64,000 bases of DNA from Bizionia hallyeonensis (GCF_042657385.1 NZ_JBHSLA010000001.1:376746-440745), one strand, 5' to 3'. Shown: positions 1-10,811, counted from the stretch's first letter. Numbers and translations: made by a program. Notes: generated by a model from the sequence alone, not told the origin.

Positions 1-818
1 TAAATGGTATTGAAATTGTGCGTCAACTCATTGCAAAAGGCATCAATAAACCAAAATGTGGAACAATTATTTGCATACCTATTATTAATATTTTTGGGTT
101 TATAAATTTAAGTCGAGAGTTTCCTGATGGTCGCGATTTAAATCGGGTTTTTCCTGGTTTAAAAAACGGATCTTTAGCTAGTCGGGTTGCTTATAAACTA
201 GTAAATGAAGTGCTTAATCAAGCCGATTATGTCCTTGATTTTCATACGGGAGGCGCTGGTCGTTTTAATGCACCGCAAGTACGTATTGCTAAAAACAGCA
301 ACAGATTAGACGCTTTAGCTAAAACCTTTGGAGCACCCTTTGTTTTGTATTCTAAAAACTTAAAAAAATCATTTAGAGAAACGGCTTATAAAGCTGGAAT
401 TGCTACCTTATTATTTGAAGGTGGAAAATCACATCACATAGATGTAAATATTACTAATACAGGCGTAAATGGTGCCAAACGGGTTTTACATAGTTTGGGC
501 ATGCTGGGTTCTAAATTTAAAGTAACCGAACCCAAACAAAAACCTGTGTTTATTATGGCTAGTAAATGGCAACGCGCCAATTATTCCGGGATGTTTAAAG
601 CTTCGGTTGCTACGGGGACCAAAGTAAAAAAAGATGATATACTTGGAAATATTACCGATCCTTACGGCAAGTTTAATCATTTTGTACGTGCTAATAGTTC
701 GGGATATATAATTAATGTGAACGAATCGCCATTGGTTTATCAAGGTGATGCCTTATTTCATATTACAGCTCGTTTAAAGCAGCATCATGTTAAACAGGTT
801 GAAAATGACGAAGTCTGA
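1..818 (+). CDS. succinylglutamate desuccinylase/aspartoacylase (AstE/AspA) family protein, 5'-partial. The frame is open to the window edge and the GTG at 18 is probably internal.
   Basis: Motifs DFHTGGAGRFNAPQVRIAK and REFPDGRDLNRVFPG are typical of the AstE/AspA zinc hydrolase family. The reading frame continues upstream to nt 3. Confidence 0.6.
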   Translation, partial: NGIEIVRQLIAKGINKPKCGTIICIPIINIFGFINLSREFPDGRDLNRVFPGLKNGSLASRVAYKLVNEVLNQADYVLDFHTGGAGRFNAPQVRIAKNSNRLDALAKTFGAPFVLYSKNLKKSFRETAYKAGIATLLFEGGKSHHIDVNITNTGVNGAKRVLHSLGMLGSKFKVTEPKQKPVFIMASKWQRANYSGMFKASVATGTKVKKDDILGNITDPYGKFNHFVRANSSGYIINVNESPLVYQGDALFHITARLKQHHVKQVENDEV

Positions 819-1368
819 ATTACGAAAAATCTACAAACAAAAGCGGCAAGCACTTTCATTAGAAACGATTGACGATTTAAGCCTTCAAATTGCAAACAAT
901 CTTTTAGAAATGCCAATTTGGGAGCGTTTATACTACCATATATTTCTGTCTATTACCGAACAAAAAGAAATTAACACGGATTATATTATAAGTATTCTTT
1001 CGGGAAAAGATAAACATACAATCATTTCAAAAAGTGATTTTCAAACCACTGAATTATCGCATTATTTATTGACCGATGCTACAATTATTAAAAAAAACGC
1101 CTATAACATTCCAGAACCTGTTAATGGAATTCCGATAGCTTCCCATGTTATAGATGTCGTGTTTATTCCGTTATTAGCATTTGATAAACAAGGCCATCGT
1201 GTAGGTTACGGAAAAGGTTTTTATGATGGTTTTCTGAAAGATTGCAAACCCGAAACGATTAAAATAGGGCTTTCTTTTTTTGAAGCCGAAAACCAGATTG
1301 AAGGCATTTTTGAAAACGATGTGCCACTGGATTTTTGTGTCACACCAACTAAAACCTATCAGTTTTAG
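787..1368 (+). CDS. 5-formyltetrahydrofolate cyclo-ligase (MTHFS)
   Basis: 193 aa with the C-terminal GYGKGFYDGFL signature (GYGxGxYD) of 5-FTHF cyclo-ligases. The true start may be the internal Met at about 805. Confidence 0.8.
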   Translation: MLNRLKMTKSELRKIYKQKRQALSLETIDDLSLQIANNLLEMPIWERLYYHIFLSITEQKEINTDYIISILSGKDKHTIISKSDFQTTELSHYLLTDATIIKKNAYNIPEPVNGIPIASHVIDVVFIPLLAFDKQGHRVGYGKGFYDGFLKDCKPETIKIGLSFFEAENQIEGIFENDVPLDFCVTPTKTYQF

Positions 1369-1370
1369 CC

Positions 1371-2186
1371 TTATAACCGTTTATATTCTGTTTTTTCTGT
1401 TAGAAATTGAATAGGTTGATTATCACTAATCTTGAATTTAGTTTCCAGTGTTTTTCTGCCTTTTAAGGTTTGAATAAATACAACAAAATGTAAATGGGGT
1501 CCTGTAGACCAACCTACATTTCCACTTTCAGCAATAAACTGATTTTTTTCAACAACATCACCTTTCTTAACTTTAGCGCCCTTCTGTTTTATATGTGTAT
1601 ATTCAGCAAAAGTACCATCGTCATGGTAAATAATAACTTTGTTATTAAACTCCTTGCAGTCTTGGGTTGTACAATTTTTACTAAATTTATCTACAACCTC
1701 AACAACCAAACCACCACGCGCCGCAAGAATTGGAGTGCCAATTGGCATGGAAAAGTCTAAAGCATTCTCATTAGCATGAGATGATTTACCATTATATCCT
1801 TGAGAAAGCATGTAAGCTTCACCTCTATTGAAGGGCAAAACATATGGATACTCTTTTTCATAATCCTTTAAATAATGATCACCATAATTATAGGTGGTAC
1901 TTCCACTAACACCATATTTTCCTTTTTTAATTTGTGTTAAGGTTGTTAGCTTAATGTTTTTTGTATTTGCAGGTAGCAGGAATATTTTATCATTCCCTTC
2001 GGAAGATTTTAAATTTTTTAATTTAAAACTAACTTGAATTGAGACGGGAATGGGTTCATTATTATCAACATAAAATTCATACCCGTTTTCTATATTTTCA
2101 TAACGGGATGCCACATCTAACTGTGCAAATAAGCCTGCTGGAATAAGACACGTCCAGATGAAGTAACTAACTTTTAATAAATTCAT
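1371..2186 (-). CDS. M23 family (LytM-type) metallopeptidase, secreted
   Basis: N-terminal signal peptide. HxxxD-like region NENALDFSMPIGTPILAARGG and the terminal GPHLHFVVF (HxH) motif are characteristic of peptidase M23. Confidence 0.8.
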   Translation of the reverse strand: MNLLKVSYFIWTCLIPAGLFAQLDVASRYENIENGYEFYVDNNEPIPVSIQVSFKLKNLKSSEGNDKIFLLPANTKNIKLTTLTQIKKGKYGVSGSTTYNYGDHYLKDYEKEYPYVLPFNRGEAYMLSQGYNGKSSHANENALDFSMPIGTPILAARGGLVVEVVDKFSKNCTTQDCKEFNNKVIIYHDDGTFAEYTHIKQKGAKVKKGDVVEKNQFIAESGNVGWSTGPHLHFVVFIQTLKGRKTLETKFKISDNQPIQFLTEKTEYKRL

Positions 2187-2235
2187 GTTTTAAGTTTTTA
2201 AATAGATTTTTTTTTACAGTATCGAATAAACACAA

Positions 2236-2853
2236 TTAAGCAAACGCGCGTTTATTAAACACAATTAGCAACCCAAAACCTGTACTAATTGCCATATCAG
2301 CTACATTGAAAACGGGTTCAAAGAATGTGAAATATTCACCACCATAAAAAGGTAACCAATCTGGCAAATAGCCTTTCCATAAAGGAAAATACAACATGTC
2401 TACTACTTTACCATGCAAAAGGCTATCATAGCCACCAGAGGCAGGCATAAAGCTGGCTACTTGGCCATAACTATCATCAAATATTACTCCGTAAAATACG
2501 GAATCGATTATATTACCCATGGCACCAGCAAAAATAAGTGCCACTGCCCAAATTAGTATTTGTGACTGCTGCTTTTTTGTTGCATCATACAACCAGTAGC
2601 CAATTCCAAAAATAGCGACTATCCGGAATAACGTTAAAGAAATTTTTGCTGTTCTGTCTGAAATAAAACTGACAAAATCACTAATCTTGGTTCCCCAAGC
2701 CATACCATCATTTTCAATGAAATAGATTTTAAACCAGCTAAAAACAGTAATATCTTCACCTAAAACAAAATGGGTTTTGATATATATTTTACTCACTTGA
2801 TCTATGAGTAATATGAGAATAATAAAAAGAATGGATTTTTTTAAAGACATCAT
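2236..2853 (-). CDS. lspA: lipoprotein signal peptidase II
   Basis: 205 aa, four TM segments, and the conserved FNVADMAISTG (FNxAD) motif of signal peptidase II. The conserved position next to ileS supports the call. Confidence 0.85.
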   Translation of the reverse strand: MMSLKKSILFIILILLIDQVSKIYIKTHFVLGEDITVFSWFKIYFIENDGMAWGTKISDFVSFISDRTAKISLTLFRIVAIFGIGYWLYDATKKQQSQILIWAVALIFAGAMGNIIDSVFYGVIFDDSYGQVASFMPASGGYDSLLHGKVVDMLYFPLWKGYLPDWLPFYGGEYFTFFEPVFNVADMAISTGFGLLIVFNKRAFA

Positions 2854-2905
2854 GTTTTCTAGTTCTGAAAAACTAATTTGAAATTGAAGGACAAAAATAG
2901 CACTA

Positions 2906-3529
2906 TTATTGGGTTTTTGTTACGCTAATATTTCCGTTTATGGTATGTAATGATATTTGATTTGGTCCTAAAGGTATTTTATCTTGCTTAATACTGCCTT
3001 TCTTCGTGTTTAAATCTAAAAGTCCTGAATAGGTTTCCACTTCTATATTGCCATGTAAGGTATCCACTTGCAAATTACCCACATATTTATGGGCTAAAAA
3101 ATGACCATTTAATAATTCAGACGTTAGAAATTTAAAATTCCCATTAGCAAAAACCGAAGCAATATCACTAGTAATAATGACGGTTAGATTTTCAGGGATT
3201 TCCAATGTTAGCTCAATAGATATTTTTTTATGAGCCGCCAGTTTATCATCAGGCTTTACAAATAAGGGTTGGTACGCACTTCCAATAAAAAGGGTTTGAT
3301 TTTCTTGTCGCGTTTGTAATACAATTTGTTCATTATTTTCCCCTTCAACCTGTAAACCCATTGAAATAACTTGCACTGGTTTTGCAGATATTTTTATTTT
3401 AAACATGGTATTACCTGCAATATCAATGGTTGAAATTTTAGAGGCGTCGACAATCCGTTGCATTCCTTTTTGACCAAAGACGGGCGCAGAAAGCAAAATT
3501 AAAAGGAGGAATGTGGATAGAATTTTCAT
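2906..3529 (-). CDS. secreted hypothetical protein with repeated beta-strand motifs, possibly a DUF4097-like putative adhesin
   Basis: Signal peptide MKILSTFLLLILLSAPVFGQ. Repeated G-N-I-x-V / GNISV-like strands. No catalytic motif recognised. Confidence 0.4.
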   Translation of the reverse strand: MKILSTFLLLILLSAPVFGQKGMQRIVDASKISTIDIAGNTMFKIKISAKPVQVISMGLQVEGENNEQIVLQTRQENQTLFIGSAYQPLFVKPDDKLAAHKKISIELTLEIPENLTVIITSDIASVFANGNFKFLTSELLNGHFLAHKYVGNLQVDTLHGNIEVETYSGLLDLNTKKGSIKQDKIPLGPNQISLHTINGNISVTKTQ

Positions 3530-3588
3530 AAAACTAAAAACGCTCCAATAGACATTGAAGCGTTTATTTATGTTTAAACACGTAAATT

Positions 3589-3972
3589 TTATTGTTGCAT
3601 ATTTTTTGCTTCAATACTTAAGGTAGCATGAGGCACCAATTTTAAACGCTCTTTGGCAATTAATTTATTGGTTACACGACACACACCATAGGTTTTATTC
3701 TCAATACGAATTAAAGCATTTTTTAAATCGCGAATAAACTTTTCCTGACGAATAGCTAATTGTGCATTCGCTTCCTTGCTCATGGTTTCACTACCTTCTT
3801 CAAACGCTTTAAATGTTGGCGATGTATCATCGGTTCCATTATTTAAATCGTTCATGTAAGCACTTTTTATAAGCTCTAAATCATGTGTTGCTTTTTCTAT
3901 TTTCTCTTGAATAAGCATTTTGAATTCAGCTAAATCTTTATCTGAATATCTAACATTGATATCTTCTCCCAT
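3589..3972 (-). CDS. DksA/TraR family C4-type zinc finger-like transcription factor. Start reassigned to the internal Met, which removes a 47-nt overlap with ileS.
   Basis: Begins MGEDINVRYSDKDLAEFKMLIQEK and contains a coiled-coil. The TraR/DksA C-terminus is ...YGVCRVTNKLIAKERLKLVPHATL. The ileS-dksA-lspA neighbourhood is conserved. Confidence 0.65.
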   Translation of the reverse strand: MGEDINVRYSDKDLAEFKMLIQEKIEKATHDLELIKSAYMNDLNNGTDDTSPTFKAFEEGSETMSKEANAQLAIRQEKFIRDLKNALIRIENKTYGVCRVTNKLIAKERLKLVPHATLSIEAKNMQQ

Positions 3973-3976
3973 ATTC

Positions 3977-6900
3977 TTAATGTTTATTAATGGACAATCT
4001 GGTTGTAATTGCATCAAACGCAATTTCTATACCATCTTCAATTTTATCTTTTAATTCTAATGTTTCGGTTAAGGTTTCTGCTTTAATATACGCTAAATTT
4101 TCAGAAACTGCCTCTAAAATTTCATCATGCTTTTGAATAGAAACACTAATTCTATCCGTTACTTCAAAACCTGAATCTTTTCGTAAATTTTGAATGCGGT
4201 TAACTAGCTCACGAGCTATACCTTCATAACGTAATTCTTCAGAAATTGTTACATCTAAAGCAACTGTTAAGGTACCTTCATTTGCTACTAACCAACCTTC
4301 AATATCTTGAGAGGTAATTTCCACATCTGCGCGTTCTAAAGTAATGATTTTTCCGTTAATTTCAACATCAATCTCACCCTTTTGCTCAATTATTTTAATA
4401 TGATTTGCATCAAACTGCTGTATGCTTTTCGCTATCAACTTCATGTCTTTACCAAAACGAGGCCCTAATGTTTTGAAGTTTGGTTTGATTTGCTTCACCA
4501 AAATTTCAGATGCATCTTCTAAAATTTCAATTTCCTTAATGTTAACCTCATGTTTGATAAGATTTGCAACCGCTAGAATTTCTTCCTTTTGTTGTTCATT
4601 ATCCACTGGGATAATGATTTTCTGCAAAGGTTGACGCACTTTAATCTTCTCTTTGGCACGCAAGGACAACACTAAAGATGAAATGGTTTGAGCAGCCTCC
4701 ATTTTTCGCTCTAAAGATTTATCAACGAAACGTTCATTAAACTTTGGAAAGTTGGATAAATGCACACTTTCAAAGGTCTCTTTATTGGTAACTGCATTTA
4801 AATCCATATACAACCTATCCATAAAAAATGGCGCAATTGGAGCTCCCAGTTTAGCAATAGTTACCATACAGGTATAAAGTGTTTGATAAGCCGATATTTT
4901 ATCCGTTTGGTAGTCGCCTTTCCAGAAACGTCTTCTACTTAAACGCACATACCAGTTACTCACATAATCTTGCGTGAAATCGGAAATGGCACGAGCCGCT
5001 CTTGTTGGCTCATATTCTGCGTAAAATGCATCTACTTTTTGAATAAGTGTATGTAATTCCGAAAGGATCCATCGGTCTAATTCTGGACGTTCTTCTAATG
5101 GAATTTCCGCTTCTTCGTAAGTGAATTTATCTAAATTAGTATATAAACTGAAAAACGAATAGGTATTGTAAAGTGTTCCGAAAAATTTACGTTTCACCTC
5201 TTCTATACCTTCTAAATCAAATTTTAAATTATCCCACGGATTGGCATTCGCAATCATATACCAACGTGTGGCATCTGCTCCGTAAGTAGATAAGGTTTCA
5301 AATGGATCTGCAGCATTACCCAAACGTTTGGACATTTTCTGACCATTTTTATCTAAAACGAGTCCGTTAGAAACGACATTTTTATAAGCAACCGAATCGA
5401 ACACCATGGTGCCAATAGCATGAAGCGTATAAAACCAACCTCTTGTTTGATCCACACCTTCCGCAATAAAATCGGCTGGAAAAGATTCGTTGTTATCAAT
5501 TTTTTCTTTATTCTCAAATGGGTAATGCCATTGTGCATAAGGCATGGAGCCCGAATCGAACCAAACATCAATTAAATCTGACTCACGATTCATAGGTTTT
5601 CCTGAAGGTGAAACTAACACGATTTTATCAACAATGTTTTTATGTAAATCTATTTTCGCATAATTTTCATCCAAATTGTTTCCGACTTCAAAATCTTCAA
5701 AAATAGCTTTTGCAAGCACACCGGCATCAACAGCTTTTGCCATTTCAGCTTTTAATTCTTCCACCGAACCAATACAAATTTCTTCTTTTCCATCTTCTGT
5801 ACGCCAGATTGGTAATGGAATTCCCCAATACCGGGAACGGGATAAATTCCAATCGTTTGCATTTGCTAACCAATTTCCAAAACGACCTGTTCCAGTAGAT
5901 TTTGGTTTCCAATTAATGGTTTCGTTCAATTCAAACATTCTGTCCTTAACATCGGTAACTTTTATAAACCAAGAATCTAATGGATAGTATAGAATTGGTT
6001 TATCTGTTCGCCAGCAATTTGGATAACTGTGTTTATATTTTTCCACCTTAAAGGCTTTATTTTCTTCTTTTAATTTAATGGCTAGTTCCACATCTATAGA
6101 ACGTTCTGGTGCTTCACCATCAGCATAGTATTCGTTTTTTACATATTTACCAGCATATTCGCCCATTTCTGGACGGAATTTACCTTGCAAATTAACCAAT
6201 GGCACTAAATTTCCATTTTCATCTTTTACTAACAATGGTGGAATTTCTGGTGTGGCTTGTTTAGCTACCAAGGCATCATCTGCTCCAAAGGTTGGTGCAG
6301 TGTGTACAATTCCGGTTCCATCTTCTGTAGTTACAAAATCGCCAGAGATAATACGGAATGCGTTTTCAGGATTATCATTTGGTAAGGCATACGGCAATAA
6401 TTGCTCATAGGTAATACCTACTAAATCGGTTCCTTTAAATTCTTTAACTACAAAATATGGAATCTTTTTATCGCCAGATTTATAATCTAATAATTCCGGT
6501 TTTGTTTCAACACGTTTAAATTTCCCATCAAATTGATTGTTAACTAGAGGTTTTGCCAATACCACATTTATAGGCTCAAACGTATATTGGTTATAAGTTT
6601 CAACTAAAACATAATCAATTTTTGGTCCAACCGTTAAGGCCGTGTTACTTGGCAATGTCCAAGGTGTCGTTGTCCAAGCTAGAAAGTAAATATCACCTTC
6701 ATCCTTTAAGAAATCTGGTAATGAGTTTTCATTTGCTTTAAACTGTGCTACAACTGTTGTATCTGTAACATCTTGATACGTTCCTGGTTGGTTTAACTCA
6801 TGCGAGCTCAAGCCTGTTCCTGCTTTAGGCGAATAGGGCTGAATGGTATACCCTTTATAAATTAAGTTTTTATTATAAATTTCCTTTAATAACCACCAAA

Positions 6901-7393
6901 CGGATTCCATATATTTTGGGTCGTAAGTTACATACGGATTGTCCATATCCACCCAGTAGCCCATTTTTTCAGTCAGATCGTTCCAAACGTCTGTATACCG
7001 CATAACCGCTTTACGGCAGGCTGCATTGTAATCTTCCACTGAAATAGTTTTACCAATATCTTCTTTGGTAATACCTAATTCCTTTTCAACACCCAACTCA
7101 ATAGGCAAACCATGTGTATCCCATCCAGCTTTACGTTTAACTTGATAGCCTTTCATGGTTTTATAACGTGGAAAAATATCTTTAATAGCACGCGCTAAAA
7201 CGTGATGTACACCTGGTAACCCGTTTGCTGAAGGTGGCCCTTCAAAAAACACAAATGGTTCCGCTCCTTCACGTGTGGTAACACTTTTTTCAAATACGTT
7301 ATGTTGCTTCCAATAATCAAGAATATTACTTGCTACTTGTGGCAAGTCAAGTCCTTTGTATTCAGGGAATTTATTACTCATAATTTCATTCAT
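3977..7393 (-). CDS. ileS: isoleucine--tRNA ligase (type 2, about 1138 aa)
   Basis: HIGH-region PPSANGLPGVHHVL, KMSKS motif KMSKRLGN and the CP1 editing-domain architecture. The length matches Bacteroidota IleS. Confidence 0.97.
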   Translation of the reverse strand: MNEIMSNKFPEYKGLDLPQVASNILDYWKQHNVFEKSVTTREGAEPFVFFEGPPSANGLPGVHHVLARAIKDIFPRYKTMKGYQVKRKAGWDTHGLPIELGVEKELGITKEDIGKTISVEDYNAACRKAVMRYTDVWNDLTEKMGYWVDMDNPYVTYDPKYMESVWWLLKEIYNKNLIYKGYTIQPYSPKAGTGLSSHELNQPGTYQDVTDTTVVAQFKANENSLPDFLKDEGDIYFLAWTTTPWTLPSNTALTVGPKIDYVLVETYNQYTFEPINVVLAKPLVNNQFDGKFKRVETKPELLDYKSGDKKIPYFVVKEFKGTDLVGITYEQLLPYALPNDNPENAFRIISGDFVTTEDGTGIVHTAPTFGADDALVAKQATPEIPPLLVKDENGNLVPLVNLQGKFRPEMGEYAGKYVKNEYYADGEAPERSIDVELAIKLKEENKAFKVEKYKHSYPNCWRTDKPILYYPLDSWFIKVTDVKDRMFELNETINWKPKSTGTGRFGNWLANANDWNLSRSRYWGIPLPIWRTEDGKEEICIGSVEELKAEMAKAVDAGVLAKAIFEDFEVGNNLDENYAKIDLHKNIVDKIVLVSPSGKPMNRESDLIDVWFDSGSMPYAQWHYPFENKEKIDNNESFPADFIAEGVDQTRGWFYTLHAIGTMVFDSVAYKNVVSNGLVLDKNGQKMSKRLGNAADPFETLSTYGADATRWYMIANANPWDNLKFDLEGIEEVKRKFFGTLYNTYSFFSLYTNLDKFTYEEAEIPLEERPELDRWILSELHTLIQKVDAFYAEYEPTRAARAISDFTQDYVSNWYVRLSRRRFWKGDYQTDKISAYQTLYTCMVTIAKLGAPIAPFFMDRLYMDLNAVTNKETFESVHLSNFPKFNERFVDKSLERKMEAAQTISSLVLSLRAKEKIKVRQPLQKIIIPVDNEQQKEEILAVANLIKHEVNIKEIEILEDASEILVKQIKPNFKTLGPRFGKDMKLIAKSIQQFDANHIKIIEQKGEIDVEINGKIITLERADVEITSQDIEGWLVANEGTLTVALDVTISEELRYEGIARELVNRIQNLRKDSGFEVTDRISVSIQKHDEILEAVSENLAYIKAETLTETLELKDKIEDGIEIAFDAITTRLSINKH

Positions 7394-7645
7394 TCGTTTC
7401 GACCCGCGAAATTAATGATTTTTAGATAAATACCTGTTGAATTTAAAGCGAAATAGGGAAGAAAATGCTTAAAGTGTTATTATGGGTAAAAACTTTGGCC
7501 CTAAAACTAAAAACCAAAGTGCAAAACTCACAATTGAAGCGGGAAGTGCAATTATTAAAATTTGCTTCTGCATGTATTTGTTACAAATGTTGAAAAACAG
7601 CATAAAAGCTATAATTAAAATTGCCATATTCTTCAGAAAACTTAT

Positions 7646-8119
7646 TCATTCAGGTAGCGTTTCTATTGCGACATATTTAGCAATTAAAATATAATCTAGC
7701 AGCCGTTCTAGCGTATCAAATAATTGGAAAGAAAAAACGGCTAACAAAATCCAATCAATAAGCTTGAAATCCTGTTTGTCACGGATGCGTTTGAATAAAA
7801 TTACTGAAGCAACAACTGAAAAAATATAAATAAAGTAAAATACAACCGAATGAAAAAACTCAAATCGGTCACCTAAAACTTTTTGAGTCTCCAAGATTTC
7901 TTGACAGCCTATTAAAAACCCTAAATAATTGTAAGTATAAATGTCTGATATAGTTCCTGAATGTAAAATAGCATCCGAAACTATATAAATTAAATTATAG
8001 AACTGGGTTTTAATAGGAAAAAAGAGCAAAAACAAACACAAAATAAACACATGCGATTTTGAAATTTGAAACGCTTTCATAAAAATATTATTACACAATA
8101 AACCCAACCAAATCTTCAA
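7646..8119 (-). CDS. hypothetical integral membrane protein
   Basis: 157 aa with 4-5 hydrophobic helices. Overlaps the radA 3' end by 29 nt, which suggests co-transcription. No motifs recognised. Confidence 0.4.
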   Translation of the reverse strand: MKIWLGLLCNNIFMKAFQISKSHVFILCLFLLFFPIKTQFYNLIYIVSDAILHSGTISDIYTYNYLGFLIGCQEILETQKVLGDRFEFFHSVVFYFIYIFSVVASVILFKRIRDKQDFKLIDWILLAVFSFQLFDTLERLLDYILIAKYVAIETLPE

Positions 8120-9452
8120 TTTTAGAAATCAATTGGATTTTTATGGTCATATTTTTTAAGGAAATCTTATTGTATTTAGACACAAATATGGTTGAAAACC
8201 CTAATTTTTCAGCTTCTAAAATGCGCTGTTCCACACGTTGCACTGGTCGGATTTCTCCAGATAATCCAACTTCGGCAGCAAAACAATAATCTCTTGGCAA
8301 AGATACATCTTCATTAGAGGATAAAATAGCGGCAACCACCGCTAAATCGATAGCAGGATCATCTACAGTTATACCTCCTGTAATATTTAAAAACACATCC
8401 TTAGCACCTAAACGAAAACCTGCCCGTTTTTCTAAAACCGCTAATAACATGTTTAATCGTTTGGCGTTAAAGCCTGTTGCACTCCGTTGTGGTGTTCCAT
8501 AAACCGCTGTACTGACCAAAGCCTGAACTTCAATCATGAGCGGGCGCATACCCTCTAAAGTTGCTGAAATAGCATTACCTGATAAGTCTTCGTCCTTTTT
8601 AGAGATAAGAATTTCCGAAGGGTTTGAAACTTCACGCAACCCAGAACCTTGCATTTCATAAATACCTAGTTCGTTGGTGGAACCAAATCGATTTTTGTTA
8701 GCCCGTAAAATGCGAAAAACATGATTCCGATCGCCTTCAAATTGCAAAACCGTATCCACCATGTGTTCCAAAATTTTAGGACCGGCAATATTTCCGTCTT
8801 TGGTAATATGACCAATTAAAACAACAGGTGTGGCGGTTTCTTTAGCAAATTTTATCAGTTCTGTTGTACATTCCTTAATTTGCGAGATACTTCCGGACGA
8901 GGATTCGATATAATCACTATGCAAGGTTTGAATAGAATCTACCACCACGATATCGGGTTCTAGCTCTTCAATTTGCTTAAAGATATTTTGCGTTTTTGTT
9001 TCGGTTAGAATGTAGCAATTATTACTATTTGGATTAATACGTTCGGCACGCATTTTTATTTGTTTCTGGCTTTCTTCACCTGAAATATACAATGTTTTAT
9101 AAGGCAATTTTAAAGCTATCTGCAGCAACAAGGTGCTTTTTCCAATTCCGGGTTCACCACCTAAAAGGGTTAAAGATCCTGGTACAATGCCACCACCTAG
9201 AACGCGGTTAAATTCGGCGTCGCCTGTTTGCATTCGAGCTTCTTGTGATGCATCAATCTCATTAATTAATAAGGGCTTGGAAACGCGTTTTTTATTTGTA
9301 GATGTTGGTGTTTTCCAATCACTTTTTTCCGGTTTCTGAAGAACTTCTTCCGCAATGGTATTCCACTCCTTACAAGCCGTACATTGCCCTTGCCATTTGC
9401 TGTATTGTGAACCACAATTCTGACAAAAAAATGTTGTTTTTACTTTAGCCAT
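8091..9452 (-). CDS. radA: DNA repair protein RadA (Sms)
   Basis: N-terminal C4 zinc finger CQNCGSQYSKWQGQCTACKEWNT, Walker A GGEPGIGKSTLLLQ, KNRFG motif (ANKNRFGSTNE) and a Lon-like C-terminal domain. Confidence 0.95.
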   Translation of the reverse strand: MAKVKTTFFCQNCGSQYSKWQGQCTACKEWNTIAEEVLQKPEKSDWKTPTSTNKKRVSKPLLINEIDASQEARMQTGDAEFNRVLGGGIVPGSLTLLGGEPGIGKSTLLLQIALKLPYKTLYISGEESQKQIKMRAERINPNSNNCYILTETKTQNIFKQIEELEPDIVVVDSIQTLHSDYIESSSGSISQIKECTTELIKFAKETATPVVLIGHITKDGNIAGPKILEHMVDTVLQFEGDRNHVFRILRANKNRFGSTNELGIYEMQGSGLREVSNPSEILISKKDEDLSGNAISATLEGMRPLMIEVQALVSTAVYGTPQRSATGFNAKRLNMLLAVLEKRAGFRLGAKDVFLNITGGITVDDPAIDLAVVAAILSSNEDVSLPRDYCFAAEVGLSGEIRPVQRVEQRILEAEKLGFSTIFVSKYNKISLKNMTIKIQLISKIEDLVGFIV

Positions 9453-9491
9453 ATTTATTTCCTATAAAAATCGGAATCTTTTCTATTGCGT

Positions 9492-10640
9492 TTAATACCC
9501 GAAATCCGCTTTAATAGCATCTGCACGACGTAACATTTCATCTTTCGTTATACCACCAATTTCTTGCAAAACAAATGCTGTTTGATAGGCTTTCATAGCG
9601 CGCTTCGGCTCGCCTGTTTCTTCATAAAAACGGGCTATATAATAGTTTCCTAAAAGCGTGTCTGGATATTCTTTACGGGCTATCTTCCCTAATTCTTCGA
9701 AATATTCAAATTTTTCAGATTTGTTGATAGCGGCTTCAATGGCATTAAAATCGTTTATTAAAATAGGCTTATCAATATCAAATAAATCCTGAATGGCTTG
9801 ATATTTCTCTGTTAAATACGTGACTGGCGACCCTTCTAACTTAAGAATGGTATCCTTATATTCCGTTTTGCTGATAGGTTGGAATACAAAGAAAATATCT
9901 TCTAAAGCATTTGGTATAGCATGAGCTGGTAATGCGTAATGTGATGCTTTGTCAAACGAATCAAAAGAATATAAGAAGTTTTTATTTTCTACTCCTGAAA
10001 TAGCGGTATTTAAGGCGTCTGTGCTTTCTTTAAGTTTCGCAATATCATTAGTCGAAGTTGCTAAATAATAAAATATTTTGGTTTCAATCTTCGGTAGTTT
10101 CTCGGTTAAATAGGCTTGCATATCTGGTGCTAAATCTGGGCTAATAGCTATGTAAGCTTGAAATAAAGGTTGCCCTTTTAATAGAAAATAATTCATAAAA
10201 TTTGCTGTACGATCATGACCAATAATCACACGAAAATTAACGGTTCGATAGGTATCATTAATATAAGATAACAATTCCATACCTAGAAACTCATAGAATG
10301 CAGCACCTGTTTCAATTGGCAGGGAGTTTTGTTCCGAATACAAAACATCAGCAGAGCGCGTACTGACCTGATTGACACCAACTACAATACTTTCTGGCAT
10401 ATCCTCCCAATAGGAATAATAGTCTACATTTCCTGCTACGGCTTCAAACATATAATCGCCATCCAAGACCACAATTACAGGGTAAGATTTATCGGTATTT
10501 GCATCATAACCACGTGGCAATTGCACTTTAATTTCACGCGTTTCTCCTAATTTAGAAGATTGAAGCGGATGATAAATGACTTGCGACTGTATAGTAGAAA
10601 TACTAAAAAAAAGGACAAATAGGAAGGCTAGTTTTTTCAT
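9492..10640 (-). CDS. secreted alpha/beta-hydrolase (putative esterase, enterochelin-esterase-like fold) with a C-terminal TPR-like segment
   Basis: Signal peptide. PVIVVLDGDYMF is typical of the PF00756 'putative esterase' family. C-terminal YYIARFYEETGEPKRAMKAYQTAF looks TPR-like. Confidence 0.55.
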   Translation of the reverse strand: MKKLAFLFVLFFSISTIQSQVIYHPLQSSKLGETREIKVQLPRGYDANTDKSYPVIVVLDGDYMFEAVAGNVDYYSYWEDMPESIVVGVNQVSTRSADVLYSEQNSLPIETGAAFYEFLGMELLSYINDTYRTVNFRVIIGHDRTANFMNYFLLKGQPLFQAYIAISPDLAPDMQAYLTEKLPKIETKIFYYLATSTNDIAKLKESTDALNTAISGVENKNFLYSFDSFDKASHYALPAHAIPNALEDIFFVFQPISKTEYKDTILKLEGSPVTYLTEKYQAIQDLFDIDKPILINDFNAIEAAINKSEKFEYFEELGKIARKEYPDTLLGNYYIARFYEETGEPKRAMKAYQTAFVLQEIGGITKDEMLRRADAIKADFGY

Positions 10641-10811
10641 GTGTATATTTTTATTATTTTTTTAATTGTCACATGCTTTTCGCTATTAATTGGCATCTAA
10701 ATTGATAAACCGTTTAGCATGCTTGTTTCATAATAAAGCATTAAAATATTTAGGGCAAGTTATGAAAATAAGCCTAAATAATTAATCCTATTAAAAAGAA
10801 AATAAAATGAC

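Noticed and set aside
486-743. 85-aa minus-strand ORF inside the AstE/AspA-family gene
   Set aside because: Fully antisense to a well-supported CDS. Low-complexity Ile/Phe-rich translation typical of AT-rich shadow ORFs.
1494-1760. 88-aa plus-strand ORF inside the M23 peptidase gene
   Set aside because: Antisense shadow ORF. No motifs. Overlaps the conserved M23 catalytic region on the other strand.
4422-5987. Several 60-100-aa ORFs (4422..4634, 5353..5571, 5676..5987, 5710..5898) within ileS
   Set aside because: All lie within or antisense to the strongly supported ileS CDS. Spurious.
7482-7694. 70-aa ORF in the ileS upstream region
   Set aside because: No start context or motif. Overlaps the 3' end of the 7646..8119 gene. 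Likely a chance ORF in AT-rich DNA.
9133-10550. Antisense ORFs 9133..9339 (in radA) and 10329..10550 (in the esterase gene)
   Set aside because: Shadow ORFs opposite confident CDSs.
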